From NCBI GenBank assembly GCA_963775465.1, contig CAVZIW010000001.1:256001-320000 (forward strand): 64,000 bases of DNA, in the 5' to 3' direction. The notes beneath the pieces were generated by a model. The model worked only from the letters and a program-made list of their open reading frames with translations. It ran no database searches and was not told the DNA's origin. The translations under genes were made by a program, and so were the position numbers. This document shows, in pieces, positions 1 through 8,827 of this stretch (position 1 is the first letter of the stretch; each line of letters opens with the position of its first letter). Origin of the DNA: Candidatus Bathyarchaeota archaeon. GTDB lineage: Archaea; Thermoproteota; Bathyarchaeia; Bathyarchaeales; Bathycorpusculaceae.

Positions 1-233
1 AAAATTTTAAACCTAAATCAAGGTCTAAAGCTGAGGATGCAATGGATTTAGCTTTGGACTCATTGAAGCGTTTGGGTCTTAGAGAAGAAGTGACGCCGGT
101 AAAAGTCTCAGGTGAAGGAGACTTATTTTCAGTCGAATTAAGTCTTCAAAATAAAATAGCGAAAGTATTGGTTAACACTGAAACGAAGGAGATTAAAGAA
201 TATGAAATTCAAGAATCAAGTGCTAGTTTCTAA
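1..233 (+). CDS. 3' end of a hypothetical protein (possible PepSY-like C-terminal domain), truncated by the window edge
   Basis: The frame is open from position 3 (NFKPKSRSKAEDAMDLAL...). A helix followed by ...FSVEL...KVLVNTETKEI is reminiscent of PepSY. T-rich tract downstream. Confidence 0.55.
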   Translation, partial: NFKPKSRSKAEDAMDLALDSLKRLGLREEVTPVKVSGEGDLFSVELSLQNKIAKVLVNTETKEIKEYEIQESSASF

Positions 234-426
234 TTGATAAACTAATCGACAATATTTTTATTTGGATTTTTTTTAGTCAATCAATTTTAGCCAAAGTGAC
301 TTATTTCTAATTTTACGTATTTACCAAGAACTGCGACGATATGGTTTTTTTCAGGATACTATGTGGAGGAAAAAAGTAATATCAAACATATTCGTCAAAA
401 TAAGGTCAAAATAAGTTACTTTGTTT

Positions 427-855
427 TTAGGAAGTTTTTAACATAACTAATTCAGGAATCAATTGTTTTTCCAATACTATGAATTCTAAACCTTCTGTGC
501 TGCCCAGTTGTTCAAGAGACCTTAGACCTTGTCGGGCTTGTTGCAAAACGAGTAAGCTTTCCTGATGGCTTTTAACGGCGTTTTCAATTACTGTCATTTG
601 TTGAGATGGGTTGGCATCTAAAACTATTTTTATGTTGCCAACTTCAATTTCGCCCAAGCTTTCGTTAGCTTCATTTTTCTTTCCTGAAGACTTCATTACA
701 ATTTCACGTATTTTCTGTGATGTTTCAGCCAACTTTCGTATCTCATCCAATTTACGAAGTAATTCACCCAAATTGCTTTTTGTTTGGGAAATTTTTTCAT
801 CGAGAGATTCCGCAATTTCTTCAACTGAATTATATTTCTTAATTACTGCAACCAT
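427..855 (-). CDS. hypothetical coiled-coil protein (helix - beta hairpin - helix, prefoldin-like layout)
   Basis: 142-aa ORF with AGAGGA SD upstream. Heptad-like helices flank EIEVGNIKIVLD. Confidence 0.8.
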   Translation of the reverse strand: MVAVIKKYNSVEEIAESLDEKISQTKSNLGELLRKLDEIRKLAETSQKIREIVMKSSGKKNEANESLGEIEVGNIKIVLDANPSQQMTVIENAVKSHQESLLVLQQARQGLRSLEQLGSTEGLEFIVLEKQLIPELVMLKTS

Positions 856-1172
856 TTATATTCCTCTTTTTATTTTGAGCCACATGTGTTCATTAGCTGG
901 AACTTTTTTCGTGGACATGTGCATAACTTTATTACTCAAGTTGGTAATTGAGGCAAATTATATTTAAGATAATTGAATTTAAAATAAAGATTACAACTCA
1001 TAATATCGTTCAAATGTGAGGTGAAATCGATATAAAGAATTTCCTTTTTGAGAGAGATGATCAATGAAACCTCAGATGTTTTCCTAGAGATTGTATTTAT
1101 TCAAGAACTAGTTGATCAGTATAGAACCTAATTATTTCAAAAATTTTATATTAACTGAAATTATAACTAACA

Positions 1173-1403
1173 TTGGAGAAGGAGCCAAAGTTGAAAGGTG
1201 AAGAAGAAGTAATTATCAAAGTATTAAAGAAACAGTTGGAAAAAAGATTCCGAGTTGCTAATGTCAAGTCGAAATTTGATGATGAAGGCAACTTTTATGG
1301 TTTCACTTATGATTGTCCTGAAGAAGAACACGATGTAAAGGCTAGAGCTATAGACAAGTTTTTCAAAGATATAGGCCTTAAAAACCCTGAATATATAGTG
1401 TAG
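1173..1403 (+). CDS. hypothetical protein
   Basis: 76-aa ORF with natural composition and TTTTATAT TATA-like box ~25 nt upstream. Confidence 0.6.
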   Translation: MEKEPKLKGEEEVIIKVLKKQLEKRFRVANVKSKFDDEGNFYGFTYDCPEEEHDVKARAIDKFFKDIGLKNPEYIV

Positions 1404-1660
1404 CGACGCAAAGGCCCAATAAACTGTTAAAGAAGCGCCGAGGAAATCAAAAAAGGGTAGATTAGCCAAAAAAAAATAACAAGTAATCAAACAAATCTTC
1501 ATGAAAGGCAGAATTTATCTCTCACCTTAGGAGGACTAGAGCAAACAGCTATTTTTTGAGAATAATAGCTATAACAACGTCGATAAGGTTATATCTCCTA
1601 ATTAGTGAATAGATGTCTGCTAAAACCAACTCCTAAAAGAAGTGCAGGCTGATTGGGAAA

Positions 1661-3124
1661 ATGGCAGAAGTACTTTTAACTGCTGACAGAACTCTAATGA
1701 GCAATTATCATAAAAACGAGTTTTTGGGTTTTGGTACATGCGCCCCTCCAAACTTTGTCCCCGAATGGCTCTACAGCTATCTTTTTTTTCCACCTCTGCC
1801 CACACGAGGTGGTCACCCCTGGACGGCACCTTACGGTCTAAGAAAAACAGAAGCCCAACTTATAAAGGAAGGCTTTAAAGTCGACACAGTTAGTCCAAGT
1901 CATTTAAAGGACCCCTTAAAAAAGGCGAAGGTCCTTGGTGTTTACGTAATGGATCCTTTTGGTTTGGGTCCAGCATCAACAACTCTTGCATCTATATTTA
2001 AAAAAGAGCCGTATCTAGCAAAATATTTCCAGGAACTCTTAAGATCTCCTGAGGTAAGAGAAGCCGAGAGAAATGGGTTAAAAATAATTGTTGGAGGTCC
2101 TGGAGCATGGCAGTTTCGTTACAGAGAAAAATCCTTTAAAGATCTACATATTGACTGTGTAGTAGAAGGAGAGGCCGAAAATGTTGTGGGAAAACTGTTC
2201 AGGGCGGCAATTGAAGGAGAAGATATCCCTAGCCACTATGAAGTTGCTGTCGGAGAAACTCCCAAATTGGAGGAAATTCCGGATATCGTTCAACCTTCAA
2301 TTAACGGTTTAGTTGAAATCGGTAGAGGTTGCTGCCGAGGTTGTAAATTTTGCAATGTTACTCAAAGGCCCTTAAGGTGGTATCCTCTTAATAAAATTGA
2401 ACATGAATTAAACGTTAATTTGACTTCAGGCAAAAGTTCTGCTATTTGTCTACATTCTGAAGATGTAATGCTTTATGGGTCAAAAGACACTGTACCAAAC
2501 GGTGAGAAACTTTTACAATTACATGAAATAGTTATGAAAAAATGCGATGGTTTAAGTTGGAGCCATTGCTCGTTGGCTGCAGTGGCTTCAAACCCCAAGC
2601 TTTTTTCACAGCTTTCAGAGATTATTCTTCAAAAACAGATGTGGTGGGGAGCCGAAATAGGCATTGAGACTGGGTCCCCTGAGGTAGCAAAAAAGATTAT
2701 GCCTGCAAAAGCGCTTCCGTTTAGGGCTGAAGAGTGGCATGATGTGGTTTGCGAAGGCATGAGTTTGATGCATGATAATAGAATGGTTCCAGCGTGTACA
2801 TTGATATTAGGATTGCCAGATGAGCGTGAAGAAGATGTTCTAAAAACGATGGATTTGGTTGATGATTTAAAGAGTATGCGCAGTTTGATTGTGCCTTTGT
2901 TTTTTGTTCCATTAGGAAAACTAAAGAGTCGTGATTGGTTTACTGAAACAAAACTTAGTTTTTTGCATAAGCAGCTTTTGATTCAATGTGCAGAACATGA
3001 CTTTTACTGGTTGAATAGCCTGTTAGATTGGACTTTTTCCGGTAAATGGTACAGTTGGATAAGCAAAGAATTCTACAAAGGATTTTCAGTTATTGCCAAA
3101 CGCAAGGTGCGACAAATAGAATGA
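1661..3124 (+). CDS. B12-binding-domain radical SAM protein, resembling the Grs/Gms/Gmm GDGT-lipid-modifying group
   Basis: CRGCKFC (CxxxCxxC). IIVGGPGAWQ, GEAE, IGIETGS. The N-terminal LTADR...APYGLRK.E...DPFGLGP blocks match my recollection of the Grs family. Confidence 0.88.
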   Translation: MAEVLLTADRTLMSNYHKNEFLGFGTCAPPNFVPEWLYSYLFFPPLPTRGGHPWTAPYGLRKTEAQLIKEGFKVDTVSPSHLKDPLKKAKVLGVYVMDPFGLGPASTTLASIFKKEPYLAKYFQELLRSPEVREAERNGLKIIVGGPGAWQFRYREKSFKDLHIDCVVEGEAENVVGKLFRAAIEGEDIPSHYEVAVGETPKLEEIPDIVQPSINGLVEIGRGCCRGCKFCNVTQRPLRWYPLNKIEHELNVNLTSGKSSAICLHSEDVMLYGSKDTVPNGEKLLQLHEIVMKKCDGLSWSHCSLAAVASNPKLFSQLSEIILQKQMWWGAEIGIETGSPEVAKKIMPAKALPFRAEEWHDVVCEGMSLMHDNRMVPACTLILGLPDEREEDVLKTMDLVDDLKSMRSLIVPLFFVPLGKLKSRDWFTETKLSFLHKQLLIQCAEHDFYWLNSLLDWTFSGKWYSWISKEFYKGFSVIAKRKVRQIE

Positions 3125-3164
3125 GTATGGGAAAGTACCGTCTTCAGAACATTATCTTTTAAGG

Positions 3165-3206
3165 ATAGCGTTTTCCCTAAATGGGAGGTTTAGAAAAATA
3201 CGCTAT
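3165..3206. terminator. imperfect hairpin between convergent genes (possible bidirectional terminator)
   Basis: ATAGCGTTTTCCCTAAA ... TTTAGAAAAATACGCTAT inverted repeat. Confidence 0.4.
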
Positions 3207-3251
3207 TATTTGCTTTCCTGATTCAATAAGTGATATAAGTAGATAGATAAG

Positions 3252-5960
3252 CTATGACTTTTTCAGTCGGTTAAATTGACTTAGAATAAAATTTTTCTCT
3301 TCCCTGTAGATAGATAGAGTTTCAAAAGTTTCATCGATACACAAAAGGTAGTTAGGTAAGTTTGCTAAGAGTTGGGTGAACTTTGTTTTCTTGGCTAAAA
3401 AAGCTTCATTTGCTTTTTTGAGGCGGATATTCAGCGAATTGTTCTTGCTCCAAGGGTAATCTTTAATGGGTAATGAATGCTCAATTGCATTTTCTTCAGA
3501 GATAAGTTTGTCATAAAGTAAAGAAAGAACGTCTTGAGACATGCAAAGTATTGATTGGGCGTTATTTTTTAAAGAGACAACTTTTAAGATAAACAGCGAT
3601 TTTTCATCTTTGTATTCTAAAGAGTTTTTTATTGCTTCGGCTTCTTTTGCGTAATCAAGGATTTTTGGCAAGTTGTCACCAAAGACCTCTGACAATGCAT
3701 GATTCTCATCTTCCAAACTTGCTATTGGGCCTAGTGATTTTTGCAAATGTTTAATCGATGAAGATACCTCAGCGCTATACTGTCTGTTCCAGTTGTGAAT
3801 GGAGTTATAGAGGGCTTCAACCGCAACCCATGGGGCTCCATTATTTTCTATACGTTCTTTGGCAAACTGTATGGTGTTGCTATTTTCGGGCAGAGACGGA
3901 TCGAATAATTCACGAATAGTGTCATAAATTGGTTCAACAGCACCTATTACTTGCTTGGCTACTGATTTTGTCTGAACTAAAACGCTCTCTATACTCTTTA
4001 TTCTTTCATCGAGAGTCATTTCCTGCTGTAAAGAAGCATTTGCCGTTGTGTTAACAGTTAAGCCACATTCTTTGAATTTACCTATCCAGTTAGAAAATTC
4101 TCCGGTGACCAAGATTTGATATTCAAGCAATATTTTGTTTAGTTCAATCTCTAGCTCGTCAACGTCTTTGTTTAACTTGTCAAGCTCAACGAATTTCTCA
4201 TTAATTTCGTTCACTTCGTAAAAGTGTTTTTCACACTTATCCACTATTTCTTTAACTAAGTCTCTTAGAACTAGCATTTTTCCTTCAGGGGTACTCACAT
4301 TAACTGGAATACTCTCTTTGACTTTACCTATCTGCTCGTTGAAAACGCCAAGTCTACCAAGAAGATTTTGGGCTTTTTGTTTCACCTCAAGCGTTGTTGC
4401 AGTTTGTTTAGGAGTAAAATCAACAAATATTACAGGCAATGTCAGCAGAAGAGTTGCTAAGGGAGCCAAGATGAATGTTGAAGGGGTAACATCAGCAGTA
4501 AAAGCTAAAGGTAATTGAAGAATACTCAAGAAAATAAAGAAGAGGGCACAAGTGATTGTAGCTGTAATGCATAGAAATAGCTTATCGCCTAGACTGATTA
4601 AACCGCCTTTGCTGGTTAGAGCTTTTGAGAAGAAAATGATTACTCCCGCAAGTCCTGCCACTATAACAACAAAAAGAAGTATTCCTGGAATAGAATCAAG
4701 ATATTGTCTAAGTGCATCAGCAAGTGTTCTTCCAAGAAAATTTGGTTCCCAAGTCATCTGACCAGCAATGTCGTAAATCACTTTAGAAGTATCATATAAG
4801 CGGAACTGGCTCATGGCCGAATTAAGATCTGTAAATATGGAGCTCAGAGACACAAAAATTGGAGGGCTAGAACCTGGTTCAAGCCACCAGTCAGGACGAG
4901 CAATATACGCTACAGTGTATTCAAAATACTGAACTATTTGAAGTGGCACTGAAAGTAAAACGTAATATATCATTGAAAGACTTGCATGTCTTTTGAAAAA
5001 AACTGCTGAAACTAGAATTAAGGGAATAGCCAAGAAATATGTCGAGTTTGAAAAGAGCATAGCGAAGGCCAATAAACCCAAATCTATAGCGAGAGCACTC
5101 TTGTAGCGATTGAAAATAATGGGCAAAATAATAAACAGAGTCATCCAAACGACAACAACTGCTACGCGAATTCGCATTTCGCCCAGAAAGGAGAAAAAGT
5201 AGAGTTCTGACAAATGAAAAATTAAACCCAAACCAATTAGTCCACCGCCTATGGGCATACCAAACCTTGGACTTCTGAAGGTTACAAATGCAACTAGTAT
5301 TGCAAGCAGTAACGGCAAAGGTTGAGGAAAAAGCGGCAAAAAAGACATAGTCAATGCCATGGCAATGGCAGTTATTATGAAAGTGAGGTATTTGAGTAAA
5401 GAAGATTCTTTGTTACGGTCTTGTTCAATTTTTTCTTTGTTTTTCTCTTTTCTCTTGTTTATCCATGATCTTATTTGGGGGGATCTAATGGAAAGTTTTC
5501 TCGTTTTCTTGGGCTCTGAAGTTTGAGTAGTTGGTGTTTGAAGATTAGTTTGAATCGGAGATTCAAAAGACTTACTTTCAGTGACTATTGTATCATTTGC
5601 CGGTTGGGAAGATTCTGTTTGTTGGACTGGTTCAACCTGATTTGGAGAGGGTTCACTTGAAGGGTTAGACGGCTGATTATTTGTGGTCGAAGGTTCAGTT
5701 TCTGGAGCAGCATCATTTGAAAATGGTGGTTCAACATTGGGTAAAGTGCTTTCTTTTTCGATTGAAGGGGTCGTTTGAGTGGCAATATCAACTTCTGATG
5801 TTGATGGTTCAACATTGGTTATATCATTTGGTAATTCAGAATTAGATGTGTTTATTTCCTTGTCAGCTTTAATTTTTGGTTCTTCTTCAGCCTTCCTTTT
5901 CTTTTTTCTTCTTCTAAAGAAGGATTTTATACCTAACATTATGTAGGAAGGCTCACCCAA
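3252..5960 (-). CDS. large multi-pass membrane protein: basic N-terminus, disordered P/S/T/E region, ~10 TM helices, ~380-aa coiled-coil C-terminus
   Basis: 902-aa ORF. Hydrophobic segments at aa ~190-515, heptad-rich helical tail. Co-oriented downstream of the tubulin-like gene. Confidence 0.9.
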   Translation of the reverse strand: MGEPSYIMLGIKSFFRRRKKKRKAEEEPKIKADKEINTSNSELPNDITNVEPSTSEVDIATQTTPSIEKESTLPNVEPPFSNDAAPETEPSTTNNQPSNPSSEPSPNQVEPVQQTESSQPANDTIVTESKSFESPIQTNLQTPTTQTSEPKKTRKLSIRSPQIRSWINKRKEKNKEKIEQDRNKESSLLKYLTFIITAIAMALTMSFLPLFPQPLPLLLAILVAFVTFRSPRFGMPIGGGLIGLGLIFHLSELYFFSFLGEMRIRVAVVVVWMTLFIILPIIFNRYKSALAIDLGLLAFAMLFSNSTYFLAIPLILVSAVFFKRHASLSMIYYVLLSVPLQIVQYFEYTVAYIARPDWWLEPGSSPPIFVSLSSIFTDLNSAMSQFRLYDTSKVIYDIAGQMTWEPNFLGRTLADALRQYLDSIPGILLFVVIVAGLAGVIIFFSKALTSKGGLISLGDKLFLCITATITCALFFIFLSILQLPLAFTADVTPSTFILAPLATLLLTLPVIFVDFTPKQTATTLEVKQKAQNLLGRLGVFNEQIGKVKESIPVNVSTPEGKMLVLRDLVKEIVDKCEKHFYEVNEINEKFVELDKLNKDVDELEIELNKILLEYQILVTGEFSNWIGKFKECGLTVNTTANASLQQEMTLDERIKSIESVLVQTKSVAKQVIGAVEPIYDTIRELFDPSLPENSNTIQFAKERIENNGAPWVAVEALYNSIHNWNRQYSAEVSSSIKHLQKSLGPIASLEDENHALSEVFGDNLPKILDYAKEAEAIKNSLEYKDEKSLFILKVVSLKNNAQSILCMSQDVLSLLYDKLISEENAIEHSLPIKDYPWSKNNSLNIRLKKANEAFLAKKTKFTQLLANLPNYLLCIDETFETLSIYREEKNFILSQFNRLKKS

Positions 5961-6130
5961 ATACTCAAACCCACTTTCTAATTATTTTTTTCTCTAATTC
6001 TGAAGAGGCACATCTGGAGATATTCAGCTTTGAAGAGTAATTAATGTAGCAATGCCGCGTTGACTTTATTTTGGCAATCATGTTGAAGTCGCCTATCCCT
6101 AAATTAAGAGAGGAGAGTTGCTCCTTTCTC

Positions 6131-8794
6131 TTACTTCTTGCTCTGATTGCCAGTGCTATTGTTGATTTGGCCACCGTTGCCGTTTAGTGTATTGATGATT
6201 TGCCCAGCTGCAACCGAATGTTCGAGTAGATATGAGCGTGATAAGTGCCTTTCAAATTCGTTTGATTTGGTATAGAGCAACTTCATTTCGTCAAATGCTT
6301 CCATATCTTCAGGTTTACCTCTTCCGCCAACAACTAGAACGCGTGTTGTCCAAGGGTCGCGAGATTCTAGAACGCGGACGGTGATTGTTCTTGAGACTTC
6401 GCTGGTTACATATCCTGCTAATGCAGTGTAGATTTCTTGAGACATATCATCTGCCCATAGATTCGATGGTGATTGTACAGTAACCCATAGGTAGTCTGTT
6501 TTGTAGGTCGGTTTATAGCCCATAACGCTAGGAGTTTTGAAAACTCGAACTATACTCTTCATGTAGTCTTTGTAATGGTCTTTGTCTAGTATGTCTCTAA
6601 CTATTACTTCTTTTGTGAGAGTCTCTTCCTGTTCTTTCAAGATTTTGAAAATAATCTTTTGTTGCTCTCTTACTGTTAAATCGGCTGATTTCTCAAAATA
6701 TTTCTTGGGCGCGGTAATTTCAGCAATTTTTTGAGCGTATTCCTTGTTTATGTCGACAATCTTGTTTAGTCTTTTTCGATATTCAGAGACAAGTTCAAAA
6801 CGCTTTGCGAGTTTTTCATACAATTTTATGGTGCCATCAACTTTGTCCAAGTTGTCTATGGCAAAGGCTTCTTCTTGCTCTAATCTCTTAAGATCTCTAT
6901 CAAGTTGAAGTAGTTGTTCTCGAGCATAACGTTTTGAGCTAAAAGTTTTCCGAAGCTGACGTTCCATTTTTGATTTATCGAATTCTTTTCGTTTTTTCGC
7001 TTCTTGGACTCTAATGACTTCGTTGTCAAAGTCGCCTCTTTTTTGCATTCGTTTAGTGAGAATTTCATTTACATAGGCCAAATGCTCGTCAATCATTCTT
7101 GCTTCGTCAAATGGTGTTCTAAGCATTAGTTGTATGATAAGGTAGATCGTGGAGAGTTCAGATTGGATATTTTTCAAGTCTTCCAGTTCATTTTTGCTTT
7201 CAGGAAGAACTTCATAATATCTTACCAAGGCGTCGGTTAGATACCTTGTTTCGTCATAGAACTTCATCAGTTTTAGTGATTTCTCAGCGATTTCAGCCAA
7301 GTTGACAAGATCTTCTAAAAGTTTCTTTTGACGGATTGTAAATACTTGTGAGCTAGGAATTAGCTGGTTGAGGCGTTCCACAATTGTAGCTTTACGTTGG
7401 GAGAAATCTAGATGTGTTTTAGTTAAGTTTGTTAGCAATGCTTCAATGTTGTCAGTTTTTCTTGATCCATCTTTTCGCAGGGTCAGGTTAATTATTGCGT
7501 CTTCGATTGGACCTGTCCTTCTCATGAATTTAACGGTCGATAGGAACTTTGAGATTTCTTCGATCCAATTTTTGAGCTGAATTTCTACTCCTTTTACATG
7601 TAATGATAAGTCGTCTTCTAGACGAGGGTTGCTATTGATGGTTGTTTTTAGTTTTTCTTCGAATTGGTCTTCATTATATGTTCCGGTTTTAATCAAGTAG
7701 TTTTTGAAAAGTTCTCTTGTGACCTCATAGTCAACTTCTATTATTTTTCCTATTTCATTGAGGATATCAATTTTTTCTTTTCTAAGATCTTGGAGTAGTT
7801 GAAGCCCTTCAAAGTTTAGCTTGTAGGCTGCAATGTATTCTTCAACTGGATAAACGATTTTTACCATTCCCAATGTATGTGCGGCATTAGTAGTTAATCC
7901 GACTTCTGTTCCTATGCCTCCCATTAGGTCAGCTAGGTCGAAGTCCATTAAGACATAGAGCATATCTACGACCATGTCATCCATTTCTTTTCTAGCATTG
8001 ACTATGTTCCCTACTTTTGAGTAGGCTGGTAATAGTGGCAAGTAAATTACAGCGTTTAGTGGATTACGGTAGCATTCACCATATTCTTTGACTACAAATT
8101 CGTTGTAGTCTTTGTTCAATAGCAGTTGAAGTTCGTTCATCGCAACAAATGCAGAACAACCTTTAGCTGGAGGGTCATCTCCACCGCACGGTGTAACAAC
8201 AAAAGCTATGATGGGTACACCCGAACCCAGGACTTTTCGTAAGTGCCTTGCAAAATCAAAAAAGACACCGCTTCCGGTTCCTCCGCCTAAGCCGTAAACC
8301 AAGATGACTGTCGGAGTAACTATTGACGAGAGCGCTTGTTCCTTAAAGGAGTTAATTGCGTTTTTTATAATTCCAAGTTGATAATAATTTAGGGCGTAGA
8401 TTGCCTTTGCTAAAGCTCTTCTTCTTCCAGCGCCACCAGCCATTGGGGGGATAGCCATTGTTGATTGCAGCCATGGAATGTAATTTTGAAGTTTTGCTCC
8501 TTCACCAAGTACATATTCTGGGTATTTTTGGTTTATGAAATCGAACATTGCTTCAGCAGTTGGGAATTTGACTGATTGTGCAATCAGCCGCATTCTTTCA
8601 GCAGGGATTCCGGATCGGTTCATCGATCTTTGTATTTGCTCGTTAGCTTCTAGTAGACTTCTAATTTCTGGGTCAGCGATGTCGATGGCTAATAACGAAA
8701 GACGAGTTATATCGTTTGCTAATAGCTCTCTGGTTTTTTTGCTCGTCAGGAAAGACTCGACTATGTTTGTTCCGGCTGAACCGAGCCCTATCAC
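6131..8794 (-). CDS. tubulin/FtsZ-superfamily GTPase (Tubulin_2/FtsZ-like) with long coiled-coil insertion
   Basis: IGLGSAGTNIV (T1), GGAGRRR (T3), GLGGGTGSG signature (8267-8287) and T7-like DFDLADL. Coiled coil at aa ~317-765. The true start probably lies near 8827 (PTRIYQNSVQ is in frame upstream). Confidence 0.92.
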   Translation of the reverse strand: MIGLGSAGTNIVESFLTSKKTRELLANDITRLSLLAIDIADPEIRSLLEANEQIQRSMNRSGIPAERMRLIAQSVKFPTAEAMFDFINQKYPEYVLGEGAKLQNYIPWLQSTMAIPPMAGGAGRRRALAKAIYALNYYQLGIIKNAINSFKEQALSSIVTPTVILVYGLGGGTGSGVFFDFARHLRKVLGSGVPIIAFVVTPCGGDDPPAKGCSAFVAMNELQLLLNKDYNEFVVKEYGECYRNPLNAVIYLPLLPAYSKVGNIVNARKEMDDMVVDMLYVLMDFDLADLMGGIGTEVGLTTNAAHTLGMVKIVYPVEEYIAAYKLNFEGLQLLQDLRKEKIDILNEIGKIIEVDYEVTRELFKNYLIKTGTYNEDQFEEKLKTTINSNPRLEDDLSLHVKGVEIQLKNWIEEISKFLSTVKFMRRTGPIEDAIINLTLRKDGSRKTDNIEALLTNLTKTHLDFSQRKATIVERLNQLIPSSQVFTIRQKKLLEDLVNLAEIAEKSLKLMKFYDETRYLTDALVRYYEVLPESKNELEDLKNIQSELSTIYLIIQLMLRTPFDEARMIDEHLAYVNEILTKRMQKRGDFDNEVIRVQEAKKRKEFDKSKMERQLRKTFSSKRYAREQLLQLDRDLKRLEQEEAFAIDNLDKVDGTIKLYEKLAKRFELVSEYRKRLNKIVDINKEYAQKIAEITAPKKYFEKSADLTVREQQKIIFKILKEQEETLTKEVIVRDILDKDHYKDYMKSIVRVFKTPSVMGYKPTYKTDYLWVTVQSPSNLWADDMSQEIYTALAGYVTSEVSRTITVRVLESRDPWTTRVLVVGGRGKPEDMEAFDEMKLLYTKSNEFERHLSRSYLLEHSVAAGQIINTLNGNGGQINNSTGNQSKK

Positions 8795-8827
8795 TTGAAC
8801 GCTATTTTGGTAGATTCGCGTAGGCTA

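Noticed and set aside
611-967. Antisense/shadow ORFs (also 14465-14761, 51931-52221, 56346-56762, 61411-61764 and many others in the track)
   Set aside because: They lie opposite or within well-supported genes and mirror their codon patterns.
5965-6174. 69-aa ORF between the tubulin-like and membrane genes
   Set aside because: It overlaps the tubulin 3' end, and has no SD or recognisable features.
6131-8794. Naming the gene ftsZ, cetZ or a eukaryote-like tubulin
   Set aside because: It lacks FtsZ NTD/GAGxxP motifs and tubulin-specific motifs, and it has a huge insertion. Only superfamily-level assignment is supportable.
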